NCBI GenBank assembly: GCA_964510885.1
Contig: CAZEDL010000005.1
Coordinates: 16,053-80,052 of the forward strand
Reading direction: 5' to 3'
DNA from: an uncultured Gammaproteobacteria bacterium
Lineage (GTDB): Bacteria > Patescibacteriota > Patescibacteriia > Magasanikbacterales > GWA2-37-8
Length of the DNA stretch: 64,000 nt
Each line of letters begins with the position of its first letter. The first letter of the stretch is position 1. A model generated the notes under the pieces. The model was given only the letters and a program-made list of their open reading frames with translations, did no database searches and was not told the DNA's origin. Below, in pieces: positions 1 to 10,045 of this stretch. Made by a program: the position numbers and the translations under genes.

Positions 1-507
1 TGCCCGCCGATCAAGCTCTTGCCCGCGGCGCAAATGGAGCACCACCTGTTCATACTCTGCCGGTGAACCAAGACCATAAATAGCCGATACCGAGGCCACA
101 ATAATTACATCACGACGCGATATCAGGGCCTGCGTGCAGGCATGGCGCAATCGATCAATCTCTTCATTAATCTGGGCTTCTTTTTCAATATAAGTATCCG
201 TATGCGGCAAATACGCTTCCGGCTGATAATAATCATAATAACTGACAAAATATTCCACCGCATTATCCGGAAAAAATTCGCGAAATTCATTACACAGCTG
301 CGCCGCCAACGTTTTATTATGCGCAATCACCAGCGTCGGCTTTTGTACCTGCTGAATCACATTGGCCATGGTGAACGTTTTCCCTGATCCGGTCACGCCT
401 AATAACGTCTGCTTACGCAAACCCTGATTAAGCCCCGCAGCCAGTTGCTCAATCGCCTTAGGCTGATCTCCAGCGGGCTGGTAGTTTGATTTTATTTTAA
501 ATTCCAT
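1..507 (-). CDS. uvrB: UvrABC excinuclease subunit B, N-terminal part (gene continues beyond window start)
   Basis: The reverse-complement translation [22 protein letters not shown]...[10 protein letters not shown]...[16 protein letters not shown] matches the UvrB N-terminus and Walker A. It is absent from the ORF track because there is no stop codon inside the window. Confidence 0.9.
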   Translation of the reverse strand, partial: MEFKIKSNYQPAGDQPKAIEQLAAGLNQGLRKQTLLGVTGSGKTFTMANVIQQVQKPTLVIAHNKTLAAQLCNEFREFFPDNAVEYFVSYYDYYQPEAYLPHTDTYIEKEAQINEEIDRLRHACTQALISRRDVIIVASVSAIYGLGSPAEYEQVVLHLRRGQELDRRA

Positions 508-649
508 AGCACATCAATAAAATTTTCAATTCTCAATGTACAATTTTCAATCAATGATTAATGACTTAATGTTCAATTTTTAAACATTGAAACATTGTGA
601 CATTGAAAATTTTGTGAAAATTGAGAATTGGAAATTGAAAATTTCACTA
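508..649. repeat. AT-rich palindromic intergenic element, caattttcaat/attgaaaattg family (copy 1)
   Basis: Left and right halves are imperfect inverted complements. The right end ...attgaaaatttcactactaccc recurs at 33147-33168. Confidence 0.5.
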
Positions 650-1741
650 CTACCCTCTCCCCACCATACTCTCCACCATTCCAATCAGCAAGAGATTGAT
701 AATTAACGACGACCCCCCATAACTAACAAACGGCAACGTCACTCCAGTCACCGGCAAAATTCCTATTTCTGCTCCCACATTAATAAACAGCTGACTAAAA
801 AGCAACACCATCACTCCGCCCACGGTCGCGAGAATAAAATCATCTTTAGTACGATACATGATCAAATATAATCGATACAAAATAATGCCATACAACAGAA
901 GCAGTACCATCGATCCGGCAAACCCAAGCTCTTCGGCCACCACTGAAAAGACAAAGTCAGTCTGCGCTTCTGGCAAAAATCGGAGCTGGCTTTGTGAACC
1001 AAATCCAAGCCCTCGCCCAAACCACTGACCGCTACCAACGGCAATAATCGCCTGGGTCACATTATACCCGGAACCGAGTGGATCGCGGGCAGGATCAATA
1101 AAATTATGTAATCGTTCTTTCTGATACGGCTTTAACAAAAAAGCCCAGGCAATGACCGAAAAAATAGCGAACGCGACACCAAGATACACAAAATACTGGC
1201 GCCGAGCCCCCACCAAGAACATCAGCCCTAGCCAAATCAGGCCGAGCAGCACCGCTGACCCTAAATCAGGCTGCAGCATGGTAAACCCCATCAATAGCAA
1301 AGTTACGATGCCCGTACCTATAAAAAACAACGGCCGCTCAAACCGCCGGCCAAAATGCACAATAATATATGCGAGCATCAAGATTAAGGCCACCTTGGCA
1401 AATTCTACCGGCTGAAAGGAAAATCCACCCACCACAAACCAGCCCCGGGTACCGCGAATAGTCTGACCCAAAAATAACACTCCCACGAGTAGCATGCCAG
1501 CTCCGAGATAAGCCAATTTGGCCGCCGACCGAAATAAGCTGTAATGCGTCACGCTGGCAACGACAAATACCACGAGGCCAATACCCATGGCCAATAATTG
1601 CTTCCGAAAATACAATAAGCCACCCCCGCGCGACAAATCGACACTATAAATCGCCTCAAGTCCGAGGATAATAAGGAGAAGTACTGCGCTAGCTAGTATC
1701 CAATCAAATTTTAACCGCCGTACGGCGCTAAAATTAAACAT
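650..1741 (-). CDS. SEDS-family peptidoglycan polymerase (FtsW/RodA/SpoVE)
   Basis: 363 aa polytopic membrane protein with ...GLGFGSQSQLRFLPEAQTDFVFSVVAEELGF..., typical of SEDS proteins. Confidence 0.85.
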   Translation of the reverse strand: MFNFSAVRRLKFDWILASAVLLLIILGLEAIYSVDLSRGGGLLYFRKQLLAMGIGLVVFVVASVTHYSLFRSAAKLAYLGAGMLLVGVLFLGQTIRGTRGWFVVGGFSFQPVEFAKVALILMLAYIIVHFGRRFERPLFFIGTGIVTLLLMGFTMLQPDLGSAVLLGLIWLGLMFLVGARRQYFVYLGVAFAIFSVIAWAFLLKPYQKERLHNFIDPARDPLGSGYNVTQAIIAVGSGQWFGRGLGFGSQSQLRFLPEAQTDFVFSVVAEELGFAGSMVLLLLYGIILYRLYLIMYRTKDDFILATVGGVMVLLFSQLFINVGAEIGILPVTGVTLPFVSYGGSSLIINLLLIGMVESMVGRG

Positions 1742-1873
1742 ACTCTAATAACAACAAAATAGCTCACGCTCTTGTTCATAACATCCCGAACGATGATTGA
1801 CAAGAGCGCGAGCTGGAGGGTCGAAAATTAATTATCAAGCTCCTCAACCCTGTAGCAGAGCGCGGAGGCTAGT

Positions 1874-2872
1874 TTATTTTTCGGGTTCCAAATATACCTC
1901 TTGATCGTAGACATTAATCAGCGGAAACACGCGCACATCTGTAACATACAAATTCGGCGTAAAACTGCGCACATCCACCTGCCGATTCGACTGTGAGATA
2001 AAGCGATTGAGGGTAAACGGAATCACGCCAATCAAACTCTCTTGGTTATACAATCCAGCGTAAAACTCCGCATTGGCATAGCTATATGGCGAATTATTGC
2101 TCAAAGCAAAAGACACCGTAGCGCTATCTGCACCATCGCCAGCTGCGGCAAATACAAATCCAGACATACCAAAGTTAAGTCTCTCCGCCTGCAGCCCGGC
2201 CGGATTAGCAATATCATGATTAGAAATGCGTTGCCACCTGATTTGTTTAATCTCCAAATTAACAGCACTTGGGTAAGCCACACTTTCAAAGCCAAGCAGA
2301 GCTACTGGCCGACGTTCTCCTGGTAATAGAACAGTGCGCAGAGCCGGGGCAGCCTCGCCGTTAACCGTAAATGCATACTCGATATCCGCTGAAAATCGTT
2401 CATTAGGATTTGTTATCTCGGCTACCAAATCATACTTATTAGCCCCGCCCACGAACACAGCCGGATTAACCACTTGAAGTGGCTGTGCAGAAAAACGCGG
2501 CTGGAGGGAAGTGTAATCTGGGAATGTGCGCAAATCGCGATTAAACGCCCCCTGGTCAGACAGTACAATCGATACTTCGCGCCATCCATACCAGCCGGCA
2601 ATAGCAAAAAAAATTACCGCCAAACTAATGAGACCACCAACCAGGATTCGGTACAAGAGCAGCCGATGCGTAACAAACCACATCCCATACTTCAAGGTCT
2701 GGCTGTCGAATTCCCGGCTGGGATCTTGGTATTGCTCAAACCGCACGCGGGATTTAGGGCTGCGGCCGTCTATACTAGAAGCAGTGCTCGGAACTGAAGA
2801 ATCAGTTGTATCACCTGAAAAGGGGGGCATACAAAAATGCAATGAACTAATTTCAAAATCAATTAGTGTCAT
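1874..2872 (-). CDS. hypothetical single-TM membrane protein
   Basis: Long ORF with one N-terminal TM segment and no recognisable family. The first ATG lies inside a repeat hairpin, so the true start is probably Met15 (MPPFSG..., about 2830). Confidence 0.55.
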   Translation of the reverse strand: MTLIDFEISSLHFCMPPFSGDTTDSSVPSTASSIDGRSPKSRVRFEQYQDPSREFDSQTLKYGMWFVTHRLLLYRILVGGLISLAVIFFAIAGWYGWREVSIVLSDQGAFNRDLRTFPDYTSLQPRFSAQPLQVVNPAVFVGGANKYDLVAEITNPNERFSADIEYAFTVNGEAAPALRTVLLPGERRPVALLGFESVAYPSAVNLEIKQIRWQRISNHDIANPAGLQAERLNFGMSGFVFAAAGDGADSATVSFALSNNSPYSYANAEFYAGLYNQESLIGVIPFTLNRFISQSNRQVDVRSFTPNLYVTDVRVFPLINVYDQEVYLEPEK

Positions 2873-2955
2873 TCCTGACCAGGATCAGGAATCCATCACT
2901 TTAATTTGCAATTTACAATTTTTAATTTTCAATTATTGAAAATTTCAATCAATGT
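2868..2955. repeat. hairpin tgtcattcctgaccaggatcaggaat plus caattttcaat palindromic element (copy 2)
   Basis: The same composite element is present at 21693-21830. The hairpin is 8 bp stem attcctga/tcaggaat. Confidence 0.5.
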
Positions 2956-3013
2956 ATATAGTATAACTAAAAATGACTATCATTGACAAATCGCCATAAC
3001 TATGCTATATTTT

Positions 3014-3410
3014 GGCCGTTCAGCGCGGATAATCGCTCCCTCCGGGAGAGGAAAGTCCGAACACCCTACCCATTTTATGGGATGAAATAGATAGTGGGTA
3101 ACACCCACCTCCTGTTCCGCAAGGAACTAGGACGGGAAAGTGGCACAGAGACAATACTATCCCGACTATGTCGGGAGAAAGGTGAAAAGTGCAGGGAAGC
3201 TCTAACACTTAAGATTAGATCTACTCTGCTCACTGGCCGGCGACGGCCTGGCGTGCTAAACCCTATCTGGTGCAAGAGCAGCCTCGGGAAACCCTTGGAA
3301 AAGTTCGCTCGCTTGACGGGCCGGGAAACTGGCCTGCTAGATAAATGATTATCACCTTGTCAGCCCATGGCAGACGAGGTACAAAATTCGGCTTATAGCG
3401 CTGAACACTA
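3014..3410 (+). ncRNA. rnpB: RNase P RNA (bacterial type A-like)
   Basis: Conserved blocks GAGGAAAGTCCG, GTGGGTAACACCCAC, AGAAAGGTGAAAAGTGCAGGGAAG and ACAAAATTCGGCTTATAG are present, and P1 pairs gttcagcgc (3018-3026) with gcgctgaac (3398-3406). ORFs in the track overlapping this region are spurious. Confidence 0.8.
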
Positions 3411-3438
3411 AAAACCCCTCACCAGATGAGGGTTTTTT
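3411..3438 (+). terminator. rho-independent terminator after rnpB
   Basis: aaaaacccctcaccagatgagggtttttt: GC stem followed by a T-run. Confidence 0.6.
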
Positions 3439-3523
3439 AGTTGCCGATTGATTGACGGCACGCTCTATTTGCCCTAAAATAGGAGCACTCTGCCTGCGCC
3501 TCGCGCTAAACACTTCTTCTAAC

Positions 3524-4957
3524 ATGAGTATGAAGCGGTTCGAGCTTTTTTTCACCTTTCTTCAACTACCGATTGATTTTTTGCTACTGATTCTGGCCGG
3601 ATGTACCGCCTATGCTTTGCGTTTCTCCGAAAAAATCATGGCTATCCGGCCGGTATTTTTCCATTTCAATCTCCCCTGGCAACGCTTCTTAGAAATACTG
3701 CTTTTCGTAGCCCTCGGCTGGATTGTAGTCTTCATTTTTTCAGGATTATACAGCACCAATCCCAACCGCAAATTCTCGAGCGAACTGACCCGCATCATCA
3801 TGGCCTGCTCCACCAGCTTCGCTGGAATTACTATTTATGTCTTCTTTACCTTGCAACGGTTTGACTCGCGGTTTCTGGTGGTAGCCGGCTGGATCGCGGC
3901 CATTATCTATATCAGCCTCGGCCGGTTATTACTGCGCGGACTTAAATCCCTGCTCTATCGCCTTGGCATCGGCCTCAGACGCACCGTTATTATTGGCGAT
4001 GAATCAATCGCCAGCATTATTGTAAACACGCTCAAGGCCGAACCACGCCGTGGCTATGTAATTGTTGGCCAGTTCGGTAGTTTTACCGACACTACCAAAA
4101 AATCTATCCGCACCCTTGCTGCCGACGAAATTATTTTAACTACTGCCGAACGTAATGAAGCAGAAACGCTCGCCGCCATTGATTTTGCAAATCAACACCA
4201 CCTTAGTTTCAAATATTCAGCCGACCTGTTTGCCACCATTACCACCAACATGAGCGTGTCGACGATCGCCGGAATTCCGATTATTGAACTCGGCCAAACC
4301 CGCCTCTCGGGCTGGGGACGCATTATCAAGCGCGGCATTGATATTACCGGCGCTTTGCTGCTAATTATTCTAAGCTCCCCTATTTACCTCCTAATCTCGC
4401 TGGCGATTTTAATTGAAACCGGGCGACCCATTCTGTATCGCAACCGCCGGGTCGGCCAAAACAGCCGCGAATTTTATACCCTTAAATTCCGCTCGATGTA
4501 TCAAAAAGATTGCACCGGCGAAGAATACGGCCCGTCTGGAATTGCCGCTCTGCAGCAAGAAAAACAGCTAATTAAAAAACACAGCGTCAAAGCCGGTCCG
4601 GTTTATAAAATCAAAGATGATCCACGCGTCACACCGCTCGGCCGCTGGCTGCGCCGCTGGAGCCTCGATGAATTGCCACAATTTCTAAATGTCTTTAGCG
4701 GCGATATGAGCCTCGTTGGGCCGCGCCCACACCAACCGCGCGAAGTGGCTAAATACCAAACCCATCACCGAGTGGTGCTGGCCATCAAACCTGGCATCTC
4801 AGGCCTCGCCCAAATTTCCGGACGCAGCAATTTAAGTTTTGAAGAAGAAGTAAAACTCGATACCTTTTATATCGAACGCTGGAACCTCTATCTCGATATT
4901 ATTATCTTGCTCAAAACCCCCTTTATTGTGTTATTTAGAAAAGGTGGGGCGTGGTAA
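3524..4957 (+). CDS. polyprenyl-phosphate sugar phosphotransferase (bacterial sugar transferase, WbaP/CpsE-like)
   Basis: N-terminal TM segments and the C-terminal catalytic domain ...DELPQFLNVFSGDMSLVGPRP...ISGLAQISGRSNLSFEEEVKLDTFYIERWNLYLD. The start was chosen at MSMKRF. Confidence 0.85.
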   Translation: MSMKRFELFFTFLQLPIDFLLLILAGCTAYALRFSEKIMAIRPVFFHFNLPWQRFLEILLFVALGWIVVFIFSGLYSTNPNRKFSSELTRIIMACSTSFAGITIYVFFTLQRFDSRFLVVAGWIAAIIYISLGRLLLRGLKSLLYRLGIGLRRTVIIGDESIASIIVNTLKAEPRRGYVIVGQFGSFTDTTKKSIRTLAADEIILTTAERNEAETLAAIDFANQHHLSFKYSADLFATITTNMSVSTIAGIPIIELGQTRLSGWGRIIKRGIDITGALLLIILSSPIYLLISLAILIETGRPILYRNRRVGQNSREFYTLKFRSMYQKDCTGEEYGPSGIAALQQEKQLIKKHSVKAGPVYKIKDDPRVTPLGRWLRRWSLDELPQFLNVFSGDMSLVGPRPHQPREVAKYQTHHRVVLAIKPGISGLAQISGRSNLSFEEEVKLDTFYIERWNLYLDIIILLKTPFIVLFRKGGAW

Positions 4958-5058
4958 CTATGAAATGCTACATTGCCACACTGTTACATTGTTAGTGGTC
5001 CTAAAATTTGATGAAAAACAATGTAATAATTTAACAATGTCACACTGAACACTGGTTT

Positions 5059-6180
5059 ATGCGCATCGCCCTGATCCACGATTACCTAGCCCAAGACGGA
5101 GGGGCCGAACGGGTTCTCGAAGCCATGCACGAGCTCTGGCCCGAGGCCCCGATTTTTGTATTATTTCATGACCAAAAAAAGCTGACCCGCTTTAATCAGC
5201 AGCTGATTCGCAAATCCTGGCTCTCCAAAATGCCCTTCATCACCTCTCGTTTTCAATGGTACCTGCCCTGGATGCCGCTCGCTACCGAACAATACAATCT
5301 GCGCGAATTTGATGTCGTGTTGTCATCAACAAGTGCTTTTGCCAAAGGCGTTATCACCTATCCAAACACGCTGCACATCTCCTACTGCCACACTCCGGCC
5401 CGCTATCTATGGAGTGATACACACGAGTATGTAGCTGATCTGAACTATAACTGGTTTATTAAATCCCTGCTGCCGCGCACCATGTACCGCATGCGGCTCT
5501 GGGATAAAATGAGCGCCGACCGGGTGGATCATTTCATCGCCAACTCGAAAACCGTAGAACGCCGCATCAACAAATACTATCGTCGTGAAAGCCAAATTAT
5601 TTATCCGCCGGTATCTACCGAACAATTCGCGATCAGCCGGGATATTGGTAATTATTTTGTAGCCGGCGGGCGGCTCGTGCCCTACAAACGAATTGATCTC
5701 GTGATTCAGGCGTTTAATCGCCTCAAATTCCCGCTCAAAATTTTTGGTACCGGGCCGGAGCTAGCCCGCCTGCAGCGCCTAGCCAAACCACATATTCAAT
5801 TTCTCGGCCGCATCAGCGACAGCGCCAAAGCCGACCTCCTTAGTCATGCCGCTGCATTTATTCATCCGCAGCTAGAAGATTTCGGCATTACGCCCGTTGA
5901 ATCCATGGCAGCCGGGCGCCCAGTAATCGCTTATGCCGCAGGCGGCGCTACCGAAACCGTCACCGCTGGTGATACTGGTATTTTTTTCCATCGGCAAAAC
6001 TGGGAATCGCTGCTTGATGCCGTCCTACACTTTCAACCAAATAATTGGGACAGTGCTCACATCCGTGATCAGGCCATGCGTTTCAGCACTCCTCAGTTCA
6101 AAACGGCTATTAAAAAATATGTTGAAGACCGCTACGAAGAATTCAAACGCGGCTTGAATCAAAGCGCCCTTTTAAGGTAA
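5059..6180 (+). CDS. glycosyltransferase family 4 (GT-B)
   Basis: MRIALIHDYLAQDGGAERV... and a C-terminal E-x7-E-like region ...FGITPVESMAAGRPVIA. Confidence 0.85.
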   Translation: MRIALIHDYLAQDGGAERVLEAMHELWPEAPIFVLFHDQKKLTRFNQQLIRKSWLSKMPFITSRFQWYLPWMPLATEQYNLREFDVVLSSTSAFAKGVITYPNTLHISYCHTPARYLWSDTHEYVADLNYNWFIKSLLPRTMYRMRLWDKMSADRVDHFIANSKTVERRINKYYRRESQIIYPPVSTEQFAISRDIGNYFVAGGRLVPYKRIDLVIQAFNRLKFPLKIFGTGPELARLQRLAKPHIQFLGRISDSAKADLLSHAAAFIHPQLEDFGITPVESMAAGRPVIAYAAGGATETVTAGDTGIFFHRQNWESLLDAVLHFQPNNWDSAHIRDQAMRFSTPQFKTAIKKYVEDRYEEFKRGLNQSALLR

Positions 6181-6236
6181 CACCAGACAAAATCGCTCCG
6201 TGCAATCCTCACTGAAAAATCCGTGTCATCCGTGTT

Positions 6237-7403
6237 ATGAATATCGCCATTGACATCCGCTGCTTACAAACCCCCTATCCCACCGGAGTCAGCGTCTACA
6301 CGCGAGAACTACTCGATGCACTCTTCAAACTCGATACCACTAACGCCTACTACCTATTCAGCAACTCTTGCTCCGCTCCTCCTGTTTGCGATTGGCAGGG
6401 GAAAAATATTCACTACCTGCACAGCACCTGGCCGAATAAATTATTCAACACCGCTATAGCCACAGGGCTCCTACCGGCTCTCGACCACTGGCTCATAAAA
6501 AAATTCTCCCTGCCGATAAAAAAATTCGACATTGTTTTTTCTCCCAATCTTAATTTTACGCGCCTGTCAGCGGATACAAAAAGTATCCTCACCGTCCACG
6601 ACCTATCCTTCACGTTGTTTCCAAATTTTTTTTCACTGAAACAACAGCTGTGGCATGCCGCTATCAACCCCGAACGCTGCGTCAAACGCGCTGACCATAT
6701 AATCGCCGTATCTGAACATACTAAACGCGATGTAATGAGTGTGTATGCGATACCAGAAAAAAAAATTACCGTAATCTACCCTGGGCTACCGACCCTCTTT
6801 TGCACCCGGGCTACGCCGGAACAGGTGGCCACAGTCCGGCTAAAATACCATCTGCCTCAAACATTTATTTTATCAGTCGGAGCCATTGAGCCGCGCAAAA
6901 ATAGCGCCTCCATGATTGAAGCCTTCGAACAAACCGTTTCTAGTAGCGTCCACAATAAAAATTCTATCGCAGCACACTTGGTGCTTGTCGGGCCGCCTGG
7001 GTATACCTTTTCGCACATTAAAAATCGCATTGCTGCAAGCCAGGTGCGGGACCGGATTCATCACATCGGTTATATCCCCGAAGCTGATAAACCGGCTCTC
7101 TACCGTGCTGCCACCGCCTTTGTGTACCCTAGTTTCTATGAAGGGTTCGGTTTTCCGGTGCTTGAAGCACTGTCCCAAGGCACGCCCGTTATCACCAGCA
7201 ACCGCTCTTCGCTCCCCGAAGTTGCTGCCACCGCCGCAATACTCATAAACCCTCACAAACCTGAAGAAATTAGCCGAGGACTAAAGAGTGTCCTGGCAGA
7301 TCAAAACAGCACTGCCGACCTAAGAGAGGCCGGCAGTAAACAAGTTAAAAATTTTAATTTTGCAAATTCTGCCGTTACACTTCTCCAGCTCTTTACCGTT
7401 TAA
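6237..7403 (+). CDS. glycosyltransferase family 4 (GT-B)
   Basis: ...YPSFYEGFGFPVLEALSQGTPVITSNRSSLPEV... Confidence 0.85.
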   Translation: MNIAIDIRCLQTPYPTGVSVYTRELLDALFKLDTTNAYYLFSNSCSAPPVCDWQGKNIHYLHSTWPNKLFNTAIATGLLPALDHWLIKKFSLPIKKFDIVFSPNLNFTRLSADTKSILTVHDLSFTLFPNFFSLKQQLWHAAINPERCVKRADHIIAVSEHTKRDVMSVYAIPEKKITVIYPGLPTLFCTRATPEQVATVRLKYHLPQTFILSVGAIEPRKNSASMIEAFEQTVSSSVHNKNSIAAHLVLVGPPGYTFSHIKNRIAASQVRDRIHHIGYIPEADKPALYRAATAFVYPSFYEGFGFPVLEALSQGTPVITSNRSSLPEVAATAAILINPHKPEEISRGLKSVLADQNSTADLREAGSKQVKNFNFANSAVTLLQLFTV

Positions 7404-8674
7404 GAGCCAAGCTGAAAAAACACCTTCCCAACGAAGGTAGCCGCCACCGCCAGCGTGATCAGCACCGCCGAGATGCGAATAAACCAACTGGTAAATCCGC
7501 GTGACACATACGCTTCACCCATCACATTTTTTGACTCCGAAAACCGAATCAGGAAATAAAAAATTATTGGCAGCATCGCCCCATTCAAATAATCAGCATA
7601 GAGCGTCAGCTTGAACAAATTAATCTGTGGGAAGAGCACTGCCACAACTGCTAGTAAAATCTGGCACCCGAAGAAAATATAAAAATTCCGACCCTTGGCA
7701 AAATCGGCATCAAGAGTGCGTTCAAATCCAAACAGTTCTGTAAATATATAGGTAGTAGCAAGCGGCACGATCGTCAGGCCAAGCAGGGAGGCCCCAAATA
7801 ACCCTACTGCAAATAACGCTGATGAAAACGCTCCAGCCAACGGTTTAATTGCCAAGGCAGCAGTATAACCATCCAGAACTTCAATCTTGTTAGCAAACAA
7901 AGTGTATGTAACTGCGATGGCAATCAGCCAAGAAAATAAATTGGTAATAATCGCTCCGGTGGCGATCTCCACTTTTTCTTGCGGTAATTCTTTTGGCGTT
8001 AAGCCCTTATCCACGATATAGCTACTAACAAAAAACTGGCCCCAGGCGGTGATTGTGGTGCCGAGCACGGCAATAAGCGAGAACCAATAATTAATGTCCC
8101 AGACATTTATTTTCCGCGGAAAAACAAAACTCTCACGCACTGCTTCCGCCCAATCAGGATGCACCAACCACGCCGAAATGAAATACGTGAAATAAAATAG
8201 AATCATCCCCAAAAATATCTTTTGGAGCGTCTTAAAGCTAAGCTTAATAACGGCCAGCACGAGCAACAAGCAAATCGCCACGAGTGCCAGCTGCCAGGGA
8301 AGATTAAACAATTGCAGCGCCGCTTTCAGCCCACTAATATTCTGCAGCACCACGCCCTGATTCACAATTAGATACAAACCAAAAATCAAGACCGAAATCT
8401 TGATCCCATAACGCTCGCGGATCAAACCGCCGAGGCCCTTGCCGCTCACGATTGAAATCCGGGCCCCCACTTCTTGGCTGACCGCCAGCAAAATCGTAGT
8501 CGGAATAATAAAATATTGCGACGCCATCCCGTACATGGCGGCCGCCACCGTATAAGTGGCCACACCCCCGGCATCATTATCCGCAACCGCCGTAATCAGC
8601 CCCGGCCCGACTACTACAAAAAATAGCAGAAGCCGTTTTTTTAAGTTAGTAAGCAAGGAGGACATAGCTGTCAA
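7400..8674 (-). CDS. NRAMP-family divalent-cation transporter, NRMT-like variant
   Basis: GPGLITAVADNDAGG aligns to the NRAMP TM1 GPG...DPGN motif but with N replaced by G, and the TM6 A-M-P-H motif is replaced by T-A-W-G. 11-12 TM segments. Confidence 0.75.
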   Translation of the reverse strand: MTAMSSLLTNLKKRLLLFFVVVGPGLITAVADNDAGGVATYTVAAAMYGMASQYFIIPTTILLAVSQEVGARISIVSGKGLGGLIRERYGIKISVLIFGLYLIVNQGVVLQNISGLKAALQLFNLPWQLALVAICLLLVLAVIKLSFKTLQKIFLGMILFYFTYFISAWLVHPDWAEAVRESFVFPRKINVWDINYWFSLIAVLGTTITAWGQFFVSSYIVDKGLTPKELPQEKVEIATGAIITNLFSWLIAIAVTYTLFANKIEVLDGYTAALAIKPLAGAFSSALFAVGLFGASLLGLTIVPLATTYIFTELFGFERTLDADFAKGRNFYIFFGCQILLAVVAVLFPQINLFKLTLYADYLNGAMLPIIFYFLIRFSESKNVMGEAYVSRGFTSWFIRISAVLITLAVAATFVGKVFFQLGS

Positions 8675-8678
8675 AAGT

Positions 8679-9905
8679 CTAAGCTTCCGGCGCCAAATGG
8701 CGCATCACATCATCGGCCGATACTACCCCCATCAGTTTACCCTCATCATTTAACACCGCGGCCACAAATAAATCATACTTGGTCACTACATTTATGATAT
8801 GATCGATTTCATCGTCAATTTTGAGCGTCGCACTCCCTGGTGGCCGTTTAATCATAGTTTTAATCGGAGTCGTCGGATCAGCAATAAGTAACCGGCGTAG
8901 AGAAATCGAACCCTTAAAAAACCCTGCCGCATCCACCACATAAATATACAAAATCGAGCGCATACTCGGCGATTGCTTGCGGATCTCTTCAATCGCCTCG
9001 TACACTGTCCAGCCATACTGGGCCGTCACATACTCGGTCGTCATGAGCCCACCCGCCGTATCATCCGCATAGGCAATCAATTTTTCTAATTTTTTAAGTT
9101 TAACACTTTTAAATTGACCAAGTAGCTGGGCCGCATCTTCCTTCGGCAATAATTTTAACAAATCTACAATCTCATCACTCGACATACGACTCATGATTCG
9201 AATCGCTTCTTCTGACCCAATTCGACTCACCAGTACACGCTGCGTTTTAGGATCAATCTCTTCAAACACCTTAGCGGCCATATCTTCATCAAGTGAAGCT
9301 ACCAGCTTGCTGCCTTGCTTAATACTCAAATCTTCAATGATATTAGCCAGATCTGCCGGATGCAGACGGACTAAATCACTTGATGAGGTGTCAAGTTTTA
9401 CCATCCCCTTCACTGGCTGCGTCTTGCGCCAATCAATCAAATTAACTTCAAAAAAATTAAAGAAATCAAGCCGAGCTATCCCAAGCCGCCGTAAAATACC
9501 TTTGAAACTAATATCAATCCCGAGCACCCGCATCTGACCTTCAAACAAACCGATCTTTAAATCATTAACCCTGACCACGCGCGCCCCACCCACATCCACA
9601 ATCTGCTGATCGAGCACGTCTTTATCTAAAAATACATACTGTCCGGCCGGCTTAGCCACCGGTATCTTCGCAATCGGAGCCGTAAGCTCAATGCCAGTCC
9701 CACTCATATTTTCTACATACTCGTACGGAATGCAGAGCGGTTCTCCATGGCGCGCGGGCTGAACTTGTAAAAACGCCAGACTGGCATACTGGCCCGGAGT
9801 CGGGGCAATGGCAATATCTACTAATTTACCAACAGTTCTGTCAGCACTATCCGTGACCGGGGTTTTTATAATATGGCTAAAATAGGCCATAGGGTGTGAA
9901 CTCAA
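8679..9905 (-). CDS. soluble PRC-barrel / MgtE_N / tandem-CBS protein (resembles the MgtE cytoplasmic regulatory domain)
   Basis: An MgtE_N-like helical segment (DLANIIEDLS...EEIDPKTQRVLVSRIGSEEAIRIMSRMSSDEIVDLLKLLP) is followed by a CBS pair. There is no TM segment. It is immediately upstream of, and co-oriented with, the NRAMP-like gene. Confidence 0.7.
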   Translation of the reverse strand: MSSHPMAYFSHIIKTPVTDSADRTVGKLVDIAIAPTPGQYASLAFLQVQPARHGEPLCIPYEYVENMSGTGIELTAPIAKIPVAKPAGQYVFLDKDVLDQQIVDVGGARVVRVNDLKIGLFEGQMRVLGIDISFKGILRRLGIARLDFFNFFEVNLIDWRKTQPVKGMVKLDTSSSDLVRLHPADLANIIEDLSIKQGSKLVASLDEDMAAKVFEEIDPKTQRVLVSRIGSEEAIRIMSRMSSDEIVDLLKLLPKEDAAQLLGQFKSVKLKKLEKLIAYADDTAGGLMTTEYVTAQYGWTVYEAIEEIRKQSPSMRSILYIYVVDAAGFFKGSISLRRLLIADPTTPIKTMIKRPPGSATLKIDDEIDHIINVVTKYDLFVAAVLNDEGKLMGVVSADDVMRHLAPEA

Positions 9906-9988
9906 TAATCAGTCTCGTTAACTCTACCCCCTTAAGAGCACTGAGCTCCACCATTATAAAGAAACATCACAAGCTTTGTAAAGGCTCT

Positions 9989-10017
9989 TTGTCAATCAGT
10001 GCATAATGACGTATACT
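9989..10017 (+). promoter_or_regulatory. sigma70-like promoter TTGTCA-17-TATACT
   Basis: Consensus spacing, about 30 bp upstream of the GT4 gene at 10046. Confidence 0.4.
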
Positions 10018-10045
10018 AGGCTAATCTTAAACAATAATCCCTGTT

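Noticed and set aside
123-387. ORFs 123-326(-) and 142-387(+)
   Set aside because: They lie inside the uvrB coding region in other frames. The uvrB frame has a strong homology match.
3020-3555. ORFs 3020-3208(-), 3075-3275(-), 3094-3348(+) and 3352-3555(-)
   Set aside because: They overlap the RNase P RNA gene and its terminator and have no SD, so they are treated as spurious.
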